Shown here: positions 1 to 12,655 of the stretch, in pieces | Layout of the letters: each line of letters begins with the position of its first letter | How positions within the stretch are numbered: position 1 is the first letter of the stretch | Assembly: GCF_006345805.1 (NCBI RefSeq) | Contig: NC_043001.1 | Span: 46,562,001 to 46,626,000, forward strand | Reading direction: 5' to 3' | From: Octopus sinensis | Taxonomy: Eukaryota | DNA length: 64,000 nucleotides | The notes under the pieces: model-generated | The model's input: the letters and a program-made list of their open reading frames with translations, nothing else | What the model was told of the DNA's origin: nothing | Databases searched by the model: none | Made by a program: the position numbers and the translations under genes

Positions 1-161
1 ACTGTTTGGTGAGAAACTTGCTTCCCAACCACATGGTTCCGGGTTCATTCCCACTGCGTGACACCTTGGGTAAGTGTCTTCTATAGCCTCGGGTCGACCA
101 AAGCCTTGTGAGTGGATTTGGTTGACGGAAACTGAAAGAAGCCCGTCGTATATATATATAG

Positions 162-200
<39 letters not shown>

Positions 201-305
201 TGTGTCTGTGTCTGTGTCTGTGTCTGTGTTTGTCCCCCGCCCCCCAACATCGCTTACAAACGATGCTGGTGTGTTTACGTCCTCGTAACTTAGCAGTTCG
301 GCAAC
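1..305 (+). mobile_element. tRNA-derived SINE, family B (CORE-like), head truncated by the window edge
   Basis: B-box-like GGTTCATTCCC, CORE-like CACCTTGGGTAAGTGTCTT, body ending GAAACTGAAAGAAGCCCGTCGTATATA, internal (TG)n, then the second module ...CGTAACTTAGCAGTTCGGCAA. The same layout recurs more than 10 times in the window. Confidence 0.85.
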
Positions 306-508
306 AGTTTACAATAACAATTTTCAACAACAGTTTACAATAAATAACAGAGTTTCAACAATAAAGATGACAACTCACAGAGCGCAAAAAAAAAAAAAAA
401 GAAAAACACGACCGAAGTCTTCAACCGAAAGCAAGCTTCCTTATTCATTATATTGGCCATAAAGGCCTTACATACAGAAAGGCAGCTGCGGGTTGGACAT
501 AGACATAA

Positions 509-906
509 TCTTTATATATAAAAGTCAAGTTGTGTGTCTGTCTCCTACGATTTAGATTCCTAACTACTCCCACATTTTGCGGTGCAGTTTAACCAAAACC
601 GGGTATCTTATAGTCGTGATTCATATCGAGCCCTTCTGGGTATTAGCGCGCGTCTAAGATGAGTCTACGATTTAAAAAAAAAATTACCATAATTTTTTTC
701 CATTTTAATGCATTTTTTCGCTATTATATAAGGGAAGTAACTCTCTAAAAATGTCTACGATGTGTCAACGATTTTTTAAAAAAATTACCATCATTTTTTT
801 CCCATTTTTAATGCATTTTTTTGCTATCTTTTGGCTATAACTCTCTAAAAATGCTTATATAGTTATTTCCCTTACAAACCTGAGCAACGCCGGGCGATAC
901 TGCTAG
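509..906 (+). mobile_element. Non-autonomous Helitron
   Basis: A|TCTTTATATATAAAA 5' end, 3' end GAGCAACGCCGGGCGATACTGCTAG|T, inserted in an AT dinucleotide with no TSD. Contains an internal ~105-bp tandem duplication. Relatives at 28735 and 55309. Confidence 0.85.
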
Positions 907-1092
907 TGTTATATGAAATGAAAAATGAAAATGATGATTTAATGAAGGCAACAAGCGACGCCCGCCGATCGCTGTTTACCTGAGAACATTGATTTTTATA
1001 GTACATTCATGAAGCAACAAACCTCTTACATTGTTCAAAATATTCAATAACAAAAACAAAATGAGGCACTAAGCCTCTTAATTTATTTCCAG

Positions 1093-1267
1093 ATTATGAA
1101 CTTTCATGCCCAACCAGGCACCTCGCGTCATTCAAGTACCTGAACGGTGCCAAGTCGGGCCACTTCAACATAAATCTAAATGTATCCTCGAGGAAGGAGT
1201 TCATTACCTTGTACAAGTCGGTCTCCCATAAGACCTCCGCAGCCACCTGCGAAGACCAGCCACGGTC
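1093..1267 (+). CDS. Candidate internal exon (phase 1 start): DYELSCPTRHLASFKYLNGAKSGHFNINLNVSSRKEFITLYKSVSHKTSAATCEDQPR; product unknown
   Basis: Acceptor TTAATTTATTTCCAG, GC-rich unique island, strong G/C bias at third positions, possible donor GTC|GTCAGT at 1268. The minus-strand frame sharing the wobble positions is also open, so the strand is not certain. Confidence 0.4.
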
Positions 1268-1690
1268 GTCAGTGCAGGATAGAATCCCTTCCCTCCGGCC
1301 TTTCTTTTTAAATTTCTTGAAGTTTTCTAACCGAAGCAAGCTTCTTACCACACAACCACATATGTATATGTATAAACATACATAAACGCATACATTCATA
1401 CGCATATGTATACTTCAATACATACGGGCATACACAAATGGAACATATATATAACAAACTTAAAGAACTCTATAAAGATCTCAATACTAAAACTGTCTTT
1501 GAGTAACTCTAAACTTACAGTGCTAACCGCTGATTATGTATATAATTACGCACATACAAACGGAAGAGTCAAGGTGCAAGCCATATATACCATGGAGAAA
1601 GTATGGTAATCAATTTAAAACGTAACCTTTACAGGACAAATGGTGTTACATTCATGGCGACTACTGTAACGCATCTAGTTCTATATGAGT

Positions 1691-1744
<54 letters not shown>

Positions 1745-1917
1745 TATGTGTGTGTGTGCTTGTAATTATATATCTATAAGCCTATATTGGGATGAAGTGC
1801 TGAGAATGTATGTATATATGAATACCCGATCGCGCGGTTAAACCATTGGGAGTGAAGGACTCCTAGCATCTGTTAGGGCATCCTTCTAGGAGAGGGTAAC
1901 TCAGGTAACTGGGATAA

Positions 1918-2151
1918 AAGGCGGCGAGCTGGCAGAAACGTTAGCACGCCGGGCGAAATGCTTAGCGGTATTTCGTCTACCGTTACGTTCTGAGTTCAAA
2001 TTCCGCCGAGGTCGACTTTGCCTTTCATCCTTTCGGGGGTCGATTAAATAAGTACCAGTTACGCACTGGGGTCGATATAATCGACTTAATCCGTTTGTCT
2101 GGACTTGTTTGTACCCTCTATGTTTAGCCCCTTGTGGGTAGTAAAGAAATA
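1918..2151 (+). mobile_element. tRNA-derived SINE, family A (Meta-like central domain), full length with TSD
   Basis: GGCGGCGAGCTGGCAGAAACGTTAGCACG head and GCCTTTCATCCTTTCGGGGGTCGATTAAATAAGTACC core. Perfect target duplication GGTAACTGGGATAA at 1904-1917 and 2152-2165. Confidence 0.9.
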
Positions 2152-2434
2152 GGTAACTGGGATAACTCCGACATAAAACCTGCGGCTCAGTGGTTACCGA
2201 TGATGTTGACTTGTTCTTCTTTTCGGATTATGGCTGCTGTTGCTTAGTGAATGGGATTGACTCAGTGCACAGCCTTTCCTCACTTAAAAAAAAAGTCTTC
2301 TTGCACAGACATTGCACGATAACAACATTGATTAAGCTTCGTGCAATGGCCATACTCTCGATAACGAGGGGGCAGCCACCACCATGTATGTGTGCATGCG
2401 TTTGTGTATGTGTATATATATATATATATATATA

Positions 2435-2770
2435 TAGTAAGAAGCTTGCTTACCAACCACATGACCCTGGATTCAGTCCCATTGCGTGGCACCTAGGGCA
2501 AGTGTCTTCTGCTATAGCCTCGGGCCCCGACCAAAGCTCTGTGAGTGGATTTGGTAGACAGAAACTGAAAGAATCAGGTCATATATATGTATAATTGTGT
2601 GTGTGTGTGCATTTGATTCCCAACACCGCTTGTTAACCAGTGTTGGTGTGTTTACGTTCCCGTAACTTAGCGGTTCGGCAAAGGATAACCAAAGGATAAC
2701 CATAGAATAGGCTTAAGAAATAAGTCCCGGGATCGATTTATTCGACTAAAAAACACCTCCAAGGCGGTAC
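2435..2770 (+). mobile_element. SINE family B (CORE-like)
   Basis: Matches the 1-305 copy, including both modules and the internal (TG)n. Confidence 0.85.
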
Positions 2771-3677
2771 TGCTTTTACTCGGACAAAAGTATTGTAACT
2801 TTGTCAGCGACCAGCTTGAATTCTGTGAAGGAATGTGACACATACACACACAGACACAGACACACACACACACATACACACACACACGTGTTTGTGAGTG
2901 TGCATATCCTTTATGTACAGATATTATACACATGCCTATAGGTTCTATAATTATATCAATACATACCAATATATACTTCTAGCTATCTATCTAATTGTTT
3001 ATTAGTCTATATGTGTATTAATAGCTTTCTATAAATTAAAAATAGATGTTTGACGTGCATGCGCACACCTACATACATACATACATGCATATACATACAT
3101 ACATACATCATACATACATACATACATACATACATACATACATACAAACTGACATACACACATACATACCAGACATGCCAACAATGCTAGTGTTACAACA
3201 TTGACTGACTAGCTTTTGACGAATTGGTGACAGAACTGCCAGTTCCTTGGGACGACATGTGACGTCATTGCATTCTTTCTGTCTCCGTTGGTGGTTTGGT
3301 GTTTTTGCTTATAATGGTGCTGGCGACGGAGTAGGTGGTGTTTGCTATTTCCGCTTTTAGTGGTAGCTGTGACGGTAGGAGTTGTCATGGCGGTAATTTA
3401 GTCGATGGTACGTTGGCGCTGATAACGTTAATGATGTAAATAGTTACAGTAGCGATGGTGTTGATGTTAATATTGGTTTTCGTTGTACATGTTGCCCTGA
3501 ACCAGATCTTAATATATGATCAAAGGTAATTCAGTCATGAACTTGACCTGACAGCTTATTTAGGACTAAATACACTACTTAATGTGTTCTTTCTTTTTGT
3601 AAAAAAAACCCCCACAATTGGGTATTATTTGAGGAAGGTTTGGCTGCTATTTTCACAGATTCATCGATCGCTTAGAG

Positions 3678-3940
3678 CAGTGTTTCTCAACCATTTTTTT
3701 ACCTATGAACCCTCTTTGATCACTATTTTACTTAGGTGAACCCTCCAAGCCATTCGATGTTCAAAAGAATCGTGTTACATTTTTATGATTAAATATTATT
3801 AGAGGTTGTATTTAAAAAATATTAAAACCTTTTGTGTATTGTAGAAGTATATAACCAATCTATTGCAGATAGATTTTAACAACAAAATATTATATGGACC
3901 CGCCCCCAAGGGCCATATGGGCCCCTGTTGAGAACTACTA
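3678..3940. mobile_element. hAT (Charlie/Buster-type) MITE, 263 bp
   Basis: TIRs CAGTGTTTCTCAAC / GTTGAGAACTACTA. 8-bp TSD GCTTAGAG (3670-3677) / GCTTAGAC (3941-3948) with central TA. Confidence 0.85.
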
Positions 3941-4110
3941 GCTTAGACCTTTCGTTTACCTGCGTTTCTGTCTTGGTAGAATAGCTCTCTTCTTGGTAGA
4001 GGCTATAATATTATACGTATGGGATAGTGACAGAAGCAATGGTATTGTAGAAGTTGGTATCATTAGATGTGCTAATGGTAGTTTAGTTACTGAAGTCTGT
4101 TGTTGTTGTT

Positions 4111-4142
<32 letters not shown>

Positions 4143-4169
4143 CGTCGTCGTCGTTGGTGGTGGCAACGT

Positions 4170-4930
4170 CAGCGTTGTTGTTTAGCTCCGCGTCAGCTAT
4201 GATCGAGCAGACATTCTAGTAAATGCATTCCAGTACAGCTTTATTCAGAACCACGAACTACGGTATTGTAATCTTGTTCTTTTGCTTCTAAGAAATCTGG
4301 AAGAATGTTCTGAGTCCATGACCCTTGCAGATCCTCCAGAGTCGGTGACACTCATGTTCTTAATGTTCTGTTTAAACTGTTGTAGGTCAAAACCTACAGG
4401 AAATACATGAGCAGGAAGAAAATTCTAAAGAACCCATGCTCTGGGGAGGAAGGATTGACCATAGAGTTTAGGGCAAGCAAAGGAGAGTTCGATTGCACAA
4501 AAGGTACCGAAAAATGGATAGACGAGTGGGTCGAGGGTGGCTGAGTAGTGAAGGTACGAGACAAGTCAGCTTCGGGGAGCCGAGGCCATTATAGTAGCAA
4601 TATAAAAGACAGAGAGAAGAGGCAGCACGAGTGTGGGCCGAAGACTGGAGTTTGTCCATTAGTGACTGAATTGAAGCCAGTTAAATGCCACTTCTCTGGA
4701 TGAGATCCATAATATCAGTGTGCGTAGTAGCAGAACCATTTCAGATGGGAGAACAGTTGTGGATCTCACTTGAGTCTTGCAGAGTGTCAGCAGCAGTTGA
4801 GAGGGAAAATATCTAATCTTTGGGAAGCTGTCTGAACTCAGTTCAGGATGTGCTTTCGCCGGGGAAACTCCTCAACGATAGCGAGGACCAGCATTTCGCT
4901 CGTTGTTGTATCGTTGGAGAAAGAATTCTC
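4170..4930 (-). mobile_element. CR1/L2-group LINE, 3' fragment (degenerate ORF2 C-terminus, 3' UTR, (CAA)n tail)
   Basis: Minus-strand translation LQSSAHTRAASSLCLLYCYYNGLGSPKLTCLVPSLLSHPRPTRLS ... HVFPVGFDLQQFKQNI resembles the CR1/Crack-type C-terminus. The tail runs into the (TTG)n array at ~4098-4190. Confidence 0.75.
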
Positions 4931-4986
4931 AAGTTTTGTATGGTTGCAGTGTTGGTAATGGTCGAGATTATTATTATTGTAGGTAA

Positions 4987-5219
4987 GGGGGCGAGCTGGC
5001 AGAAACGTTAGCACGCCGGGCGAAATGCTTTGTGGTATTTCGTCCGCCGCTGCGTTCTGAGTTCAAATTCCGCCTAGGTCGACTTTGCCTTTCATCCTTT
5101 CGGGGTCGATTAAATAAGTACCAGTTACGCACTGGGGTTGATATAATCGACTTAATCCGTTTGTCTGTCCTTGTTTGTCCTCTCTGTGTTTAGCCCCTTG
5201 TGGGTAGTAAAGAAATAGG
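4987..5219 (+). mobile_element. SINE family A, followed by a partial second copy to ~5340
   Basis: High similarity to 1918-2151. Confidence 0.9.
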
Positions 5220-5954
5220 CATTTTGCCCGCCTTTACGTTCTCCGTTCAAATGCCGACAAGGTCGGCTTTGCTTTTAATCCTTTCGGGGTAGATGAACTT
5301 AGTACCAGTCGATGAACTAAGTACCTTCCCATCCAAAGTTCAGTCCTAGTGCCTATAGAAGAAACGATTATTATTATGGATGTTGTTGTTGTCTAACTGC
5401 CGGTCTGCCTTGTTAGAGCATCCAATGGTATGCGGGTAGACAACCTAATAACGAGATGCCAGAAACCCATAGATCCAATTTGACCATAATAGTTCTCATT
5501 AGTTTCGCTTTTTGTTGTTGATGATGTTGGTGATGTTGTTAGTAGTCTCAGTGCAAGCTTTGATTAGGATGGCGTTGATGAGTGAAATGTGACAGTCGTA
5601 ATGGTAGTTTATATGTTGTCAGGTGATGGGAAAGAGAATGAGTGTGGTGGTGGTCATGGTGTTGACTGCGGTGATGAAAATAATGTTGATGATGATAATG
5701 TTCAGTATTCATGATGGTGATAGTGATGTTAATGGTCAATGGTGGTGGTGGTGTGGAGGATATTGCAAATTTGATAGAAGCGTGATATCTTAGGATAGTG
5801 ACAGTTTCGGTTCCCAGTGGGAACTGCCTCACGCCACTCATGCTTTCATTGGGAGGAAAGGCATGACTGTAACAAATAATCACATTTTCCGGTTTCATTT
5901 TGAACTATTGTTTTTCTTTTTCTTTCTTTTTTTTCTTGCTTTTTTTTAAAAGTT

Positions 5955-6960
5955 GTATTATGTTAATTGCGTGCTTTTACTGCACAACCTAGTACAATTC
6001 CGAGTGTCTTGGAGCCGTGAAATGTTTCGTTTTGATTTTGTGTTCTTCCTTTCTCTCCATAATAGGAGTGTTATGCTCTGTATACTGTGTATGTATTTAA
6101 ACCATGGGATTTTGGTTGTGAATTTATTTGTATAATTTTCGTATATTCAAGGCAACAATTATTAAGATTATTATTTGTTTTCACTCTTCACATACCATTC
6201 ATTACAATTTCAAGATCTTTTCCATTTCTTTTAAAGCTATAGAATTGTTTGTTGGAATTGATACATCGATGAGAAGACATTTTCTTACTGATGTCTTTGG
6301 CACCATTGTCTGATAAATTTACCTTGAATATTTCAGTCTATATGTCCCAAAATTGGGCCCCTTTCTTTGAAACATTTTGTGGTGTATGTTTATACCCTAT
6401 CTCTTCCGTAGTTATTTCATAGAACTAACATAAGTTCTAACTTAGTCAAACCTCATACATCCTCCCATTTCATAAAGACTGAACAGCCAGAAGCAATGAG
6501 TTTATTGTAACTTCACAACCTCTATATATTTTGCATTATCTTTTCGTTTTCTGTTTCATTTAGAGTTTGACTCGAAAGCTTTGGCAGAGAACTTCTGACA
6601 AAACCCTTCAGTCTAAACTAGGAACCTACTCTTCTTAGCCAGCCTCATTAACAAGTTTCTGTTGTTTTCAGCTTAATATGGTATTTCTATTGCCATCGTT
6701 TCAACATATAACATTCTGTAATCCCATTTTCAGTCTAGATATTAACTTTTTTAATGATTCATGTTATTTCTCCGTCCTCTTCACAGATATTTATCATTTT
6801 ATGTTCCATTTTATATTGCTTTGTCTCCTTGAAGACAGAAAAGTGCTTTGTTTTGGTCATATTTTGCAGCTATTTGTATCAGCTTCCCTATATTCTTCAC
6901 TTGATATTTTATGTAATTGTAGAATAGATATTTTATACTAAAAATCTAGTGCAGAAGATT
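5955..6960 (-). mobile_element. R4/Dong-clade LINE (restriction-enzyme-like endonuclease), degenerate 3' ~1 kb
   Basis: Frameshifted minus-strand remnants in the expected order: ETEGF-like motif, TIN(H)IASGCSV knuckle region, KCLLIDVSIPTNNSIALKEMEK endonuclease motif, then a 3' UTR. Confidence 0.7.
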
Positions 6961-7153
6961 CTTAGCTTCTTGTATTCTTGGTAAATATATTTTTTTTCTA
7001 CACTGGGTTTTGATGGGATATTCTAACAGTAGTCGCTACTTTTCTTTCAGTCTAGTCCCGCTAATTCACTTATTATTATCATCTTTATTATTCATAGTTT
7101 GAGAAATAAATTAAAAGTCTCTTTCTTAAAACAAGAGAACATGGGAAAGAAAA

Positions 7154-7615
7154 GAGGCGACGAGCTGGCAAAATCGTTAGCACGCCGGGCGAAATGCGTA
7201 GCCGTATTTCGTCTGCTGCTACGTTCTAAGTTGAAATTCCGCCGAGGTCGACTTTGCCTTTCATCCTTTCGGGGTCGATAAATTAAGTACCAGTTACGTA
7301 CTGGGGTCGATCTAATTGACTGGCTCCCTCCCCAGAAATTTCGAGCCTTGTTCCTAGAATAGAAAAGGATACTTTTATTTTGTTGAAGGCGGCGTGCTGG
7401 CAGAAACGTTAGCACGTCGGGTGAAATGCTTAGCGGTATTTCGTCTATCTTTACGTTCTGAGTTCAAATTTCGCCGAGGTCGACTTTGCCCTTCATCCTT
7501 TCGAAGTCGATAAATTAAGTACCAGTTGCGTACTGGGTCTATCCAATCGACTGTCCCCCCCCCCCCGATAAAAATTTGGGGCCTTGTGTCTAGAGTAGAA
7601 AAGATTATTTTCACT
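7154..7615 (+). mobile_element. Two adjacent family-A SINEs (7154-7370 and 7386-7615) with the alternative GGGCCTTGTG...AGAAAAG tail
   Basis: Same head and core as 1918 but a different 3' tail. Confidence 0.85.
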
Positions 7616-8170
7616 TTGTTATTTTCTAAAACAGACGGATATTCATACGAGTACCACAAAGATTCTGTTTGAATAGTTAAATATCTAGTGGCTCAGAATA
7701 GGTATTAACTGCACCCTTCGCAACCAGAAATTCAACTCCATCACTGTATATTATTATATCATTACTGCTTCCTTCTACGACAACCATCCTCATCACTCAA
7801 CCCAAATTCCGAACATACACTGTCTACTACCTCCTCTCAAATTTCCTGTCCCCAGAACCCCGTTTGTTCCATCGTGTCTGACTAAACTTACCCCATAACA
7901 TAAATTCCAGTAACATATTAACTGTTTGCCAGTTCAAAACATTTTCATAAGTTTTGTCCTAAACTTCCAAGCTCGTTTTCAGACTTTTAGTTGGCCCTTG
8001 TTTCATAAGTTCTGAATAATATAAAGCTTTCTTTTCATAAGTCCCAAGTTACTCTAGTGGTTAAAAAAAAATGAGAATGAGTATCACATATAATGCATGA
8101 ACACCAGGGAAATATGTCCTGTGTATCACGTGATACATAAGACAAGCAAAAGGTTTAATGGTTGTTATCA

Positions 8171-8402
8171 AGGCGGCGAGCTGGTAGAAACGTTAGCACG
8201 CCGGGCGAAATGTGTAGCCGTATTTCGTCTGCCGTTACGTTCTGAGTTCAAATTCCGCCGAGGTCGACTTTGCCTTTCATCCTTTCGGGGTCGATAAATT
8301 AAGTACCAGTTACGGACTGGGGTCAATATAATCGACTTAATCCGTTTGTCCGTCCTTGTTTGTCCTCTCTGTGTTTAGCTCCTTGTGGGTAGTAAAGAAA
8401 TA
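8171..8402 (+). mobile_element. SINE family A with TSD
   Basis: Full copy; GGTTGTTAT is duplicated at 8160-8168 and 8403-8411. Confidence 0.9.
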
Positions 8403-8949
8403 GGTTGTTATGTCACCCATAATTTTTCTCTACAAATCTCTTGTCCTGTGATAATATGTAAGATCCTTATTCAATTTTTATTCTTGTAAAGCTGAGTTCA
8501 ATTCCTGTCAAAGCTGACTTCGCTCTTCTACCTTCCGAAATGACAAAATAATTAACAGTTGTTATTATTTAGCAATTTCTCAAAAGCATTCTTGCCGAAA
8601 GCATCCTGTCTTTACCCAGGATAATATATTTATAACTGCATCATTACTCAACGCGAGTTTAATTAACACATACCATTAAATCAAACACAGTCGAATAAAG
8701 GTCTCGTGATTATCTCCCTTTATCGTTTTAAGTTGGTCCCAACTGTAAACAAGCGATCGTTTTTACCATTGCTGAAAGTGGAATAAATTTCAATAAATCA
8801 AGAATCTAAATTGTATAGTATTTAATATAACCTCACACACACAAAAATTATACATGTGGTTAGGATGTTGCTTTCAGTATTGCGAGATAGTGGCTTCGAT
8901 TTTACTAGGCGGCACGTTGTATTCGAGAGCAAAAGAGTTCAGCTTCATG

Positions 8950-9245
8950 ATATGTAAGGCGAACTCCCTTGTTGTGAACGGCAGATGAGGGCTTTGAAAT
9001 TTCTTGCTGAACAATCTGCATTGATGATGAGACGTTCGTGTTGCACATTAGCTCATTCCCTCCATCAAATCTACATTACCTGTATAAATGCGCGGTGTGC
9101 ACACGTCAGATGTTGAAGTGAATGCAGAGCAACGCGAGTGAAGTGCTTTGCTCAAGAGCACAACTCACCGCCCAATCTGGGAATCGAAAGCACGATCGCT
9201 AGATCGTGAGTACACAACTGTAACCAATAGGCCACGCGTCTTCAC
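8950..9245 (-). mobile_element. tRNA-derived SINE related to the copy at 31488
   Basis: Minus strand reads GACGCGTGGCCTATTGGTTA...TTCGATTCCCAG...CTTGAGCAAAGCACTTCACTCGCGTTGCTC. Confidence 0.65.
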
Positions 9246-9326
9246 GCTGTATACGTGTGCATGTGTGCATTAATAGCAAATTTTATACACACGAATAAAT
9301 AAGCAATTACTCATCAACATACACCC

Positions 9327-9359
<33 letters not shown>

Positions 9360-9691
9360 TACATAATACGTACATACATAGCTACACGTATCATTACTAT
9401 ACTGACATATACATATATACGAATGTGCATGCGTATGTTTCTCTCTCTCATACACACACACACACACACATTTACATATAAATATATATACAGCAAATAT
9501 GAAATATATAGCTGTTCGATTGATAAAAACAGCGAGAATTTATAATACCGGAAGCTATTACAAATTACAAATCATTAGATGGACACATTTTATTTTCCTA
9601 TCTGCTTTGGTGCGATTGAGTGAGACATCAAACACTTTCACCAAAGTGTTTTGTTTCTTTGACTATGATCGTTGTTCCTCTTCTTCGTGCT

Positions 9692-9738
<47 letters not shown>

Positions 9739-10494
9739 TCTTGCTGTTTGATTACTCCTGTTTTCTTCCTTGTTCTTTTGATAATATTTCATTTAGTTCT
9801 GTTGCTGCAGCCGTTGCTATTGTTGATATAGTTGTTGGTGTTGTTGTTGTTGTTGTTGTTGTTGTTGCTGTTATTGCTGTTGTTGCTAGTGCTTATTGCG
9901 AAAGCAAAAATGCAGATTTAAAACCAACTTTCGACTGTGAATTAATGACAAAACTATAGGGGGTGGGGGTGTTTCATTTTATTTTATTTTATTTTATTTC
10001 ATTTTTTTTTTTGTGATTTTATGTTTGATGGGGTGTTGTTGATTCCTCCTTCCATTAATTCTTTCTTTCTTGCTTTCTTACTCTCTTTGGTGGTGGTCAG
10101 ATTCCTTAGATGTTTTTTTTTTTAATATATATATTTAATCACATCTGGTAATTTTGATGTTTTTCTTAATGTTGTTTATTAAATTTTTTCCTTGTTTGTT
10201 GATTTGTTACCTTCAAGGTATGCAACTTATTCCGTTTTTACTCAGGTGAAATAACGATTGTTTACCTGGATCTTACTGTCTGAAACAGAATATTTCTCAC
10301 ACCTCAGATTATTTTATTAAGATTTCTTATTACAATTATTACTGTTGTTGCAGTTGCTGTTGTTTAACCCTCAGGTCAATCCTAATCGAAAATACGTATG
10401 ATGAAAGACATTCCTAACGTGACCAACCAAGATTTTTATGAATATATAAAATATTATTAAATGCGATCATTTTCTCAAAAATATTTTTCTTTTA

Positions 10495-10830
10495 TCTTTT
10501 ACTTGTTTGAGTCATTGGACTGCGGCCATGTTGTAGCACCGCCTTAAAGGGTTTAGTCGAGCAAAGCGACCCTTGTTTTTTAAATCTAGAACTTATTCTA
10601 TTGGTCGCTTTTGTCGAAGACCTAAGTTACGGGGGACGTAAACAAACCAGCAGCGGTTGTCAAGCGAGGATGAGCTGACAAAGACCAAAATATACACACG
10701 TGCACACGCACATGCACAATTTACTTATTAGGGGATTCCACACAGTTTCCGTCTAACAAATTCACTCACTAAGTTGTGGATGGCCGGGAGCTAGAGTAGA
10801 AAACACTTGACAAAGACACGGCAAACGGTA
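10495..10830 (-). mobile_element. SINE family B, diverged
   Basis: Reverse-complement similarity to both family-B modules. Confidence 0.7.
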
Positions 10831-10917
10831 TTGAGGACTTACGAAAGCTAATAGAGATTCCTAGTGCGGTCTGATTAAACGCTTCTCGGTTGCGGCCGCT
10901 TGGGGTTTATAGTAATG

Positions 10918-11165
10918 CCTTCTTCTTCTTCTTCTTCTTCTTCTTCTTCTTCTTCTTCTTCTTCTTTCTTCTTCTTCTTCTTCTTCTTCTTCTTCTTCTT
11001 CTTCTTCTTCTTCTTCTTCTCCTTCTTCTTCTTCTTCTTCTTCTTCTTCTTCTTCTCCTCCTTCTTCTTCTCCTTCTTTTTCTTCTTCTTCTTCTTCTCC
11101 TCCTCCTTCCTCTCTTCTCTTCTTCTTCTTCTTCTTCTTCTTCTTCTTCTTCTTCTTCTTCTTCC
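10918..11165. repeat. (TTC)n / GAA microsatellite, ~250 bp
   Basis: Directly visible near-pure TTC array with occasional CTC variants. Confidence 0.98.
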
Positions 11166-11775
11166 CTCTTGTTATCTTACTTACCGGATACTTTTACTAT
11201 GAGGCCTGGATGAAACTACAACAAGACGACCAAAGTTTATTTTTTTTCCAAGGTCTGGGGTCTCTCGCTCCTAAACCCTGGACCATCACCTAATTACCCT
11301 TACCCGTCTTGTTGCTTAACAACAACAACAACAATTCCTTTGACTTCCTTGCGCACTATGGGATCAAACAATCAAGCCCTGGCGCACTTCGCATAAAAAG
11401 TTGATAAAACCTACGATTTTACAGTTAAAAATTTCACTAAAAATATAGAAAAAATATTTCTTACTTTTTATATTATTAATCACACGTGTGTACAGAAACA
11501 TTATGGATATCACGTTTGTGAAGGCACTGAAGAATTAATATAAATTAGCTAAAAACTTAAGTTTTACATCAATCTATGCATCATAGTTCATGTATGTACA
11601 CTGTTGATAGGCCAGTTGTTGCATATTTGTCCTGAGATAAAATCTCGTATGCGATTGCTGGGATTATTTTAATTACATGCTGCCTCAGGTGCATATAGCA
11701 GATTTTTTTTTCTACCAGGCAGGTGACTTATTTACAACATCAGTGAATAGTATTCACTTCTTCCTATATCAGTCA

Positions 11776-12655
11776 AGGCACATGGCTCAGTGGTTAGAAC
11801 GTTGGGTCCACAATCATGAAGTAGTGAGTTGATTCCCGCACCGGGATGTGTGTTGAGTTCTTGAACAGAACACTTTATTTTCTGTTGCTCCGGTTCACAC
11901 AGCTGTAGAAATGAGTTGCGACGTCACTGGTGCCAAACTGTATCAACCTTTGCCTTTCTCTTGGATAACATCGGTGGCGTGGAGAGGGGAGGCTGGTATG
12001 CATGGGCGACTGCTGGTCTCCCATAAACCACCTTGTCTGGACACGACATTTTTTTCCCACGAGAGTTCCGCCCCTCAGTAATGAACTCATTTGCATACAG
12101 CCCATCAGAACTCACCTTGATCTTTTTGTCAAGTTAACAAGCAAACTCAAAACTAAGAACGATGTTGTAGATCGACCCATCGCCAAGTTAAGCCTAATTT
12201 TAAAAGGAAACAAGTAATTAGATAAATTCGCATCTATACCTATTATCGGATTTTGTGAGGGTCCAATATGGTAAAGATGTAGATGGGAAAAATGTGGGTA
12301 GAGGGTGATGTGCTAGCAACCCTCTCCCCTTACTACTTTACAAAGTAAACGACAACACAAGTAACTACGCAGAGGTAGCCATGGTTGAAACAAGAACAAG
12401 TTATCTAAAAAGAGAAAAGAAGTATGGTCTTTCCTTACCCAAATGACCTTACCTTATCGCCCATCACTTGTTATATGCTCATAAATTAGTTTGATAGCTG
12501 GGCTCCGATTGGCTGTACGCAAATGAATTCATAACTGGGGTCCGGAACTCGCGTGGAAAAAAAAACTTTCACCGCTAGGACTTGTGCCTTGGAGGATAAC
12601 ATTCTAGGTGCAATCCCATAGTCATTCATGACTGAAGGTCGTCTTTACCCTTCTA
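11776..12655 (+). mobile_element. tRNA-derived SINE, family C, split in two by an insertion at 12043-12577
   Basis: Head GGCACATGGCTCAGTGGTTAGA...GATTCCCG. The body stops at CCTTGTCTGGAC (12042) and resumes GGACTTGTGCC...AGGTGCAATCCCATAGTCATTCATGAC (12578-12655), collinear with 31018-31285. Confidence 0.8.
12043..12577. mobile_element. Unclassified DNA transposon derivative with ~60-bp subterminal inverted repeats
   Basis: 12049-12112 is the reverse complement of ~12501-12565. GGAC flanks both sides. Another copy of this end lies at 26860-26925. Confidence 0.7.

Noticed and set aside
9630-9651. Perfect 9-bp hairpin followed by a T-rich run (intrinsic-terminator-like)
   Set aside because: Eukaryotic, AT-rich sequence; expected by chance in 64 kb.
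11776-11850. tRNA genes at the SINE heads (also 31018, 32210, 61665)
   Set aside because: A/B boxes are present but there is no complete cloverleaf, and each continues into a shared SINE body.
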